Below, piece after piece: positions 60,901-64,000 of a stretch of DNA of 64,000 nucleotides. Position numbers and translations under genes: made by a program. Numbering within the stretch: the stretch's first letter is position 1; the number at the start of each line of letters is the position of its first letter. The stretch comes from a virus: positions 13,457 to 77,456 of the IMG/VR virus record IMGVR_UViG_3300044675_001825; one strand, given 5' to 3'. The notes beneath the pieces are model-generated. The model was not told where the DNA came from, searched no databases, and saw only the letters and a program-made list of their open reading frames with translations.

Positions 60901-62815
60901 GAAATTTGTCGATGATGTAAAATATGATTACCTAGCAGAAGATAACATACCTGTAGATGGAATTCCTAGTGAGACAGAGTTGTTTGATATGATAGGTAAG
61001 TCTGTTGACAACATGAGTCCTGTAGAATTAGCTCAACAAAACTATATACTAGATGAGTTCTTGAAATATGCTATGATGGCTAGTCACGTATTCCAAGTTA
61101 CACAAGGATCTAACTTTGATACAGCTACGATCAATGACCCATACTTAGTATTCAAAAAACAAGTACAGCTTGCTAAAGCACAAAAGACTATACTCTCTTC
61201 TATAAACGATAAGAATGAAGTGATACCTGCTGTAGATAGTATTCTTGAAAACTCATTTATAGGACCTCTTGCTGAAAGTATATATAAAGTACGTGATGCA
61301 TTTGCTGAAATTCTAATCTCTGATAGAAAGAACATTAGAAAGGTGATGGAAGAAGTATTACTTCCTTATACAGATCTTAATGATAGAGATTTTATCAAAG
61401 TGTCTCAGAAAGCAGTGAACGATCTTTTTGACTGGGCTGTACAGAATAACAGAAAGCTTAACACTTCTGTTGAAAGAATACTATTAGGTAACTCAACTCA
61501 AGCTAGTGCAGCTAGACAAATCATTGAGTTTAGAGATATGGTATTGAAAGATAAAAGTCATCCATTATTTAATAACATGATTCTTAACTCATTACAATTA
61601 GAAAGTGGTAAAAAGATTATACTAGATGAGTATACACTAAAAGATGGTAAGAAATATCAAAAAGAAGTTATAACTCCTGAACTATTACTTAAAATAGGAT
61701 ACTCACCTAAGCAAACTAGAAAGATGATGAACATGCTGATTCCTAGTCCAGATAATATATCTATTAAAGGAAAAAGTAATAAGGTGTATGATCAAAACTT
61801 AATCATCTATGGATTCCAAGAACTGAAAAAGAAACTTGGAGATGAGAACAAAGACCTATATGGTAAGATTGTTAGACTTGCTGTTATACAGTCAGGACTT
61901 ACTAACTCTCCTATTGCAATTACTAATCTTCTTCCTTATAATGATTTCAAAGAATTTTATAATCAGACGTTGTCTAACTTAGAAAATATGCCTAACTTAG
62001 CTGACTTCAAACAATTAGATACAATAGAAAGAAGCAACTGGAACAATTCTGATTTTGTTACATATAAGAGAGGAAAGTTACAAGAAAGTAAAACAACTCC
62101 TGGAAGATGGTTCTATCCAGAAAGACAATTCTTAAGTAGAGTTTTAGAAACAAGTATGCTCAATGGAAAACTTCCTGAAATGATTGCAATTCCTATGTAT
62201 TCAAGAGAAGGAAAAGATGACTTTATTGCATATAGTTATGAAGGCGAAATCACTAAGGCTCAAAGAATTAAAGCTAGAAAAACAGGAGATACATCTCATG
62301 TGTACAAAGGATTGTTCAAGAAAGTGTATAGAAAAAATGAAGAGGGAGTAAGAGTTCCTTTAGTTCAAACATCTACGTTCAAAGGTAAAGATGGAGTTGA
62401 AAGAACCTATTTCAATTTTATATATAAAATGGTTAATGCATGGGGAGATTCATTCAGAGCTCAAGAGTTTTATGGTAAAACATTTCCAGATCAACCTTTA
62501 TCAACTGTATCTAGACCATCTGTATTAGACAATGGATTCATGAAAGTGGCAAGAGAGGTAGAAGATAGTGAGATTGAATTAACTCTGTTAGGACAAGAAG
62601 TTGTATCTGCTGAAGTTACACCAACTGAAACAGCACCTGCTCCTGCTAAAGTAGTAGAACAACCTCAAGAGAGATCAACCAAAGAACGTGTATTGAAAGA
62701 TGGTAAGTCTTATAATCTAAGTGATATCAATTTAGATATGTTGATTAAGATGGGGTATGCTGATACTGAGATTGGCCAAGTATTAAAAGAAGTTAGACGA
62801 GAAATTTGTAAATAA
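48920..62815 (+). CDS. Giant virion RNA polymerase (crAss-like, double-psi barrel) with zincin-like domain
   Basis: RIPTQ and AGSDFDIDKL (DFDID at 59963-59977); ETDGGGY; HEVFE..EELAEEF; hydrophobic Gly/Ala N-terminal segments. Confidence 0.9.
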   Translation: MPDPTNVNFAGRPYVRGPLDPNLPPSRLNTGFPGQSSGKALTPDDMINMQNRQLDPNEIRPGKTYLADVAGDLTGRYDTVVYGANNEDAWGAQQSTISKGVNGILKGTSLAATTVVGGFAALGGAVASLFTGRMSDIWDNPVMQNIDKWNEKLDQEYLPNYYTDQEKNAEWYSSDNWMTANFLFDKVIKNSGFAVGAVISGNMASGFLGAAGTGIGRGAAALEANQAFKAFSPLLKGTARAFSAGKNAEAAAILESRISSIADITERTSKLAQIAQQTNQFGNINNIGRRIGIAVYSQGGEAAFEGLQTSNEFRRQLIEKQTRENFGVAPNEEQLRKIDQQVEKVGKASFLTNMALLAATEYVQLPKLLGSSYAAERQAANSLAGMAGDVVLKDGKYVAREAAKTGFGKLYNRVKGVGKFVFDPKEMGQEIGQYALQIGAQNYYNKAFQGKDANVLVDGVLYGMFGTDESGKDVGALVSKEGIEGGIIGGLTGGVMQAKANYKMDKAIKTNTAAFLEELNTTPTYKEAVQYKMDAVNRGVALQEQQQDAIEQGDKLEAKDLNADMMHNYLSPRIKYGRMDMVMDDIADMRKESMSEEGMASLKQLGLANANDTSITFNARLSKFEETAKNTEQIFKSTNLRYSGEILRNYTIPTENGDREITPEEYNKLSKEDKAKAKANGKPILNEKGEQQRKYSDQAIDQMVYAASKVADYDIRIPEVSMLPVSEGILVQDIINEELTNPESTALNDKLAELDANPQVNTPEVKQDLIDSVELAMRRKEYLKEYNDIINNPKEYSQQREEFKDPEDIANAKETISIKTKRGPRDIEIGTEYFLGKVVDFDEKGHEVYRAPRMIVLGKNEDGTIKVQDSDGVIHDIKESTLARYNLGKVDSTLKNKKAKFYMENWNTVYEFNFGKKYGKQKGRIEYDPETGQMLFKYRNKKGEIKEIEVTGDQFKLTEAAKKKGYTQPMIKAVGELTAVQQKAEEDFAAEVDPRLEAKREARLKILNDLFDELSDRQDKVDRLIDQKQKEVAKAKEEYEKLTKEIEAAELDKRNKKVDKFKATTSRAIDNAMRLSRMQDQLEREIEDLKTDSEEIEATLNYITDMAVNIDEYSTNFKDFMDELQDEILDLEILQETTQRQITTLSKLARETQKALDSTIDYLTKLITNFESRYPNIPRLMGQDWVDFLKNNPNFLKLKPNYKSDLQLIDDIVSEMEDADIAPNEQQLKELIEHMDIMQGEMEEVQKEIEAKEIILNKFQRVADKYKEQQAQEKRLQNDKALQAEYLGTNSLDVQSFFSNAYYEASSKKEDLDVVTGTVAVTKGRPGEQIREHHARANRFGFKMNKFENRTSLRGMIVTAATEAAAGVPGLMNYLTDGGRAVDAKGKPINPNKIIALVMVEDNDDGTYTLVDENGVPFTPEQLADPINNAIYQVFPNEELEANYINKEGKSERGSMFRKGTEDGKLTEAQESLKKQYAKWREDRLKEVTSPTPQTIAESFGIPDYVTRLDEKGKEVRDYDARVAVEETGLLSEGALLEDPVLMVATKNDSVTYGKVTFNTPEGRVFLKVPGGLVKLNNRKLTEKEVNTIYDVMLQVTKNVDRDGTTKTPETQYLFNWLKTVVYWGIPRNTQTKERKESGYNSIFFEDVIEGNKAYPKLFISGLKAAPFSFTRTGLENNENEIKGILRGMYNNVNATKVNTDSFKDKYTEIIGIDENGNPIKRDWDNYQTYLLSAEGRTNEEIPLVTQIRPLTDPDLPNKKGIYFTLVETADDYEIPVPPPVVTKAPAPAATAKTPTTKEALEKIKGAINAEENIAEMMDSVFKVIDEKDYLAWQETLNSEELSADLEAILTGNQGDESTIFNLTSKYLLNKYIDEKIAILNKTAQTAAPAAATTPSPNDKVYDLEGGENVFKLKYGNVTFKIDAQKFIDTNGKEGFSAVFTPDTMAALMVDKGIEDIKKAQSLVYGAIMAKLRPQLDAYQTKSKVPAADAPQTTFVLDGIAENIVQIDGYGKIIFTLDGKKFNETRQGFNIQFQSFNTEVLTAVMSAEGITQAQAQQKIGNEIFAKVFPQLEAMKVPVAPPLATPFVPNVPADVIEADEYANFIDNGVVTDERINSIAEKIKNNEQLSPREMEMFTDKTSEVNAKLAGEEVVPPDPTPEPQPGKPLTGAQRLANRQRTQAPDDSSMRVALAKQAKKFQGEDWAKLEEGIKKMLPNVPIYRVKNIIQASNGRQAWGMLHNGAIYIYENAEVGTVYHEVFEAVWKMFADANEKEAILKEFVSRKGTFVDRETGKTVEYKYATAHQIKEELAEEFRDAVLNDKLGIPNESKSLIGRLFSQLIDFIKSFFTGRNAQRNTRELFNKIGNGYYDTFNPYMSQLAYANVGVIDIENAYADDRSEFRVKGIPAVQLHELIDEMTFITLKDLMKKKESLFTIVKPKQKELYQMLQVRMEQVIGHQLDLVQDNMDAGITSEEEGTKQKNDLDALYISLFDQWEDIIVRHKEKLKTFNIEFDENDEINYEDYEKGKDEGFGDARKIDSFRKANGAIKLLLGTLPVSYVGVNEKGERELKNKRSSIGGAILMPADEVFIKLKNKLFDSVNLDDMMDRLRTMAKGDPNFENLYGRLTGSSVVSPIDYKTINDKSWQLITAFWKAMKSQNADAISVFIMNNGEVVVSDSTLTSAAKQAKREMTNDMIDKIKSNSAFFSYEPKTGRYFATDKIKSMPLSGSDLSTYTALLKELGIEFNIKDIKRLEKTSADQLLNFTDAVEGIKKEFSRLSDKGKATTDEQIAEDEANGEVARGIVNLTPKTLNIEGRLFQLGLTKAIFENKSFESTYFNMNGERTQTYIGVNALSSLHTVLSKLNNITELSSNPAYKQYEYLRTDVFTKGSVMLQRMFNLHPTKGTGKRIAGTEDYMKSVYIDGMDNQRIGKKKESSKLSAKERIVQEINLNLEGYFLNLVPGDASIEWAVKMTQFINNETFLDKDYYNIFRDYFISEVELARDDRFIVEGKDRKSTDLRFFKAILGEELNNKITKESNKKYTAEELYNGKPSEGFKGYAAEINAAVDEFIKQDAADTEALLKDFGIVYYGAEGLTIDDIVFDDNIDLTEKTLKDKLQVLSVNYMIANIEMHKLLYSDPYQYNDELKRIKNFNSPRQALLVGSQDVNAALDAIYNKGFNPKDLGYTDMTVDYFKAIALGDVLSVSDLKGYDPYEETDGGGYITLKANRIFGIRSGEWTEANEAQYRHDIAYEELVKSGANKRQIELFDRNSPEVASTYTARKPIVSGNKQDGRNYNDVVLHKFALLPLSFRLLHKMNPDSNAIKLYNKMQADNIDYAVYESGVKVGIEKVSPLYDKDGNFDETPFEDPNALVNIYEKQAVSKIPFSIMGVQAEVPSKDAPFVTQGSQVTKLVTMDFMQAGVPIDFDSTTEDFNTRFVKWIKLTPEQKLEASELYRDIKHNQAILQAKIEQGYKTLLNKLGIKESINDQGEKSFRISDKAKLIKTLEDEILQREVNDNITDALDGFKDGDVVLEATPAYQQIRNVLYSIADKKVVSPKISGGMKVQIPSTLLESKRPGQQVVKGKNVFSSDLLKFYTRNENGKSINVCQIMVGRWFKSNMSDEDLINYFNTDPQGKKEFEAIMGVAFRIPTQKQNSIDVFEIAKFLPEGYKDAVVIPSELVKKAGSDFDIDKLSIYLKNIYPSNEKTPKVVPYLGIGEEAIKKFGELYDKGEFNEYLKSKKLEVNTESVDKLMSAIFSNESFQREEVINDLYRQSLENEYIQSLQKLVSNDLNFDNLIKPNSADDLKGLEDKIREKLGETKVDYSSVGNMLSRRFMTTLRHYFVTGKYAIGIAAVNQTNHAQSQRSLIYVDPEKLDDLADETDKKWLGDAKVNFKEYNSVMVNGMKRATLSMIEDANKDKTKRNSISDIIGQFIDGYVDISKDPWIMRLGANPNVASTWLFLVKLGVPIDTVGFFMNQPIVRDYLKTIQNNGYSWLFIEKFVDDVKYDYLAEDNIPVDGIPSETELFDMIGKSVDNMSPVELAQQNYILDEFLKYAMMASHVFQVTQGSNFDTATINDPYLVFKKQVQLAKAQKTILSSINDKNEVIPAVDSILENSFIGPLAESIYKVRDAFAEILISDRKNIRKVMEEVLLPYTDLNDRDFIKVSQKAVNDLFDWAVQNNRKLNTSVERILLGNSTQASAARQIIEFRDMVLKDKSHPLFNNMILNSLQLESGKKIILDEYTLKDGKKYQKEVITPELLLKIGYSPKQTRKMMNMLIPSPDNISIKGKSNKVYDQNLIIYGFQELKKKLGDENKDLYGKIVRLAVIQSGLTNSPIAITNLLPYNDFKEFYNQTLSNLENMPNLADFKQLDTIERSNWNNSDFVTYKRGKLQESKTTPGRWFYPERQFLSRVLETSMLNGKLPEMIAIPMYSREGKDDFIAYSYEGEITKAQRIKARKTGDTSHVYKGLFKKVYRKNEEGVRVPLVQTSTFKGKDGVERTYFNFIYKMVNAWGDSFRAQEFYGKTFPDQPLSTVSRPSVLDNGFMKVAREVEDSEIELTLLGQEVVSAEVTPTETAPAPAKVVEQPQERSTKERVLKDGKSYNLSDINLDMLIKMGYADTEIGQVLKEVRREICK

Positions 62816-64000
62816 TGGTAAGTTGTATAAATACTAGTTCAAAAGAGTGGCAGTCCTTAGTGGCTGCCAGAGGTGAAGACATGGCTCATTATCTGTGGGA
62901 GGTACATCAAGGTGATGTTCCTGAATCAGAAAGTAGATCAGAAATTGTAAAGAGTGGGTTAAAAGCTACAAACATTTTACAATCTCCTAAAGCTGATCAG
63001 TTCTTTGCTGCTGTAGCTAAGAATAAAATCACTGGTGATTTCTTTTGGAGAAAGATGCAGTCTGATCTTGGTATTCCTAAAGATCAAATAGATATATTAA
63101 AATCATTTGATACAGAAGATAAAGGAGAACTAATCTCCTCTCTTCTTGCTAATTATAGTTATGCTATTGAGATTAACACTTCAAAACAATCTAATTTAGA
63201 TAGAGAAATAAGAATTGATGAAAAATATAAAATAAAACCTTATGGTGTTTATGATAAAACTACAGGAATGCCTCTTAAAAGTTTTTCTACTAAAGAAGAA
63301 GCTGAAAGTTTTATGTCTACACCTTCTAAATATTACTCTAATCTAACAGTTCCAGGAGGAACTAATTATACAGAGAATGAAATAGCAACACCAGCTATTA
63401 CACCAAGTATAAAAGGACATGCTCAGTTTGCTACAGATCAAGGTATAGGTTGGTTTAGAAGTGATGAAGAAGTTGAAAATGGTAAATATTATCCTGGAGG
63501 AGTATTTGAAGGAGAAATGATACCATCTTCTACAGAAGGTGGTACACCTACTAAAACTCGTAGAATACTAGAAGTACAATCTGATTTATTTCAGAAAGGT
63601 AGAGATAAAGAAGATTTGATAACCAAAGAAGGAAGAGGAGATATACCTATAAAACAATTAAAAGAATTAAATGAAGGTACTATTCCTGACTTTTTTAGTA
63701 CTTATAGTAATTTTAATGGATTATTAGAACAAAAGGAGAATATATTTAAATTACCTAGTGGTAACATTGGTTTATGGCAAAATGAAAGATATGATGATAA
63801 AATTAAACATTTAATAAGTGGAGAAGAACAAAATATTCATGGAGTTAAATTTTGGAGATTAAAAGATAATGTAGCTAAACAATTTATTGATGAATATAAG
63901 AAAAAACTTGAAGAAGAAGTTGAAGAACAGAAATTAAAAAAATCTGAAATAGATAAAAACCAATTTCTACAACTTCTAAACAAAGACAATAATTGGGTAA
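62815..64000 (+). CDS. Partial large cargo/polyvalent protein
   Basis: Not in ORF track. ATG overlaps the vRNAP stop (TAATG); MVSCINTSSKEWQSLV... open to window end; VPGGTNYTE..GHAQF..GWFRSD..ILEVQSDLFQ. Confidence 0.85.
   Translation, partial: MVSCINTSSKEWQSLVAARGEDMAHYLWEVHQGDVPESESRSEIVKSGLKATNILQSPKADQFFAAVAKNKITGDFFWRKMQSDLGIPKDQIDILKSFDTEDKGELISSLLANYSYAIEINTSKQSNLDREIRIDEKYKIKPYGVYDKTTGMPLKSFSTKEEAESFMSTPSKYYSNLTVPGGTNYTENEIATPAITPSIKGHAQFATDQGIGWFRSDEEVENGKYYPGGVFEGEMIPSSTEGGTPTKTRRILEVQSDLFQKGRDKEDLITKEGRGDIPIKQLKELNEGTIPDFFSTYSNFNGLLEQKENIFKLPSGNIGLWQNERYDDKIKHLISGEEQNIHGVKFWRLKDNVAKQFIDEYKKKLEEEVEEQKLKKSEIDKNQFLQLLNKDNNWV

Noticed and set aside
49111-61335. Many 60-150 aa minus-strand ORFs within the RNAP gene (and similar ones within other long genes)
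   Set aside because: Antisense artefacts of codon bias
1-64000. Stop-codon reassignment as in some crAss-like phages
   Set aside because: Genes up to 13.9 kb are intact in code 11, and both TAG and TGA serve as real stops

Overview
AT-rich (roughly one-third GC) segment of a crAss-like phage (Crassvirales), probably infecting a Bacteroidota host given its TTTG/TAnnTTTG promoters and lack of Shine-Dalgarno sites. It uses the standard genetic code. Bases 1-12.4 kb are a minus-strand block of small accessory genes. This block includes a NUMOD4-HNH endonuclease, a MoxR-type AAA+/VWA pair and an unannotated phage tmRNA whose tag reading frame is 37 codons long. After a G-rich divergent switch at about 12.4-12.7 kb, the plus strand carries the virion module: wHTH and IHF-like proteins, terminase, portal, scaffold-like protein, major capsid and ring proteins. 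It continues with a cluster of Cys-rich proteins with mucin-like Thr/Ser tracts, a metallophosphoesterase and an apparently split muzzle/tail-stabilisation gene. It ends with ejected cargo proteins built from cassettes delimited by xxGG-type motifs (one resembles a polymorphic-toxin domain), a 4631-aa virion RNA polymerase (DFDID motif) and the start of another cargo gene. Top leads are the long-tag tmRNA, the GG-punctuated cassette cargo proteins, a structured GC-rich RNA behind the capsid gene, twin promoters with an identically spaced palindrome, and the mucin-like virion decoration family. Family assignments come from motif recognition and gene order, not database searches.
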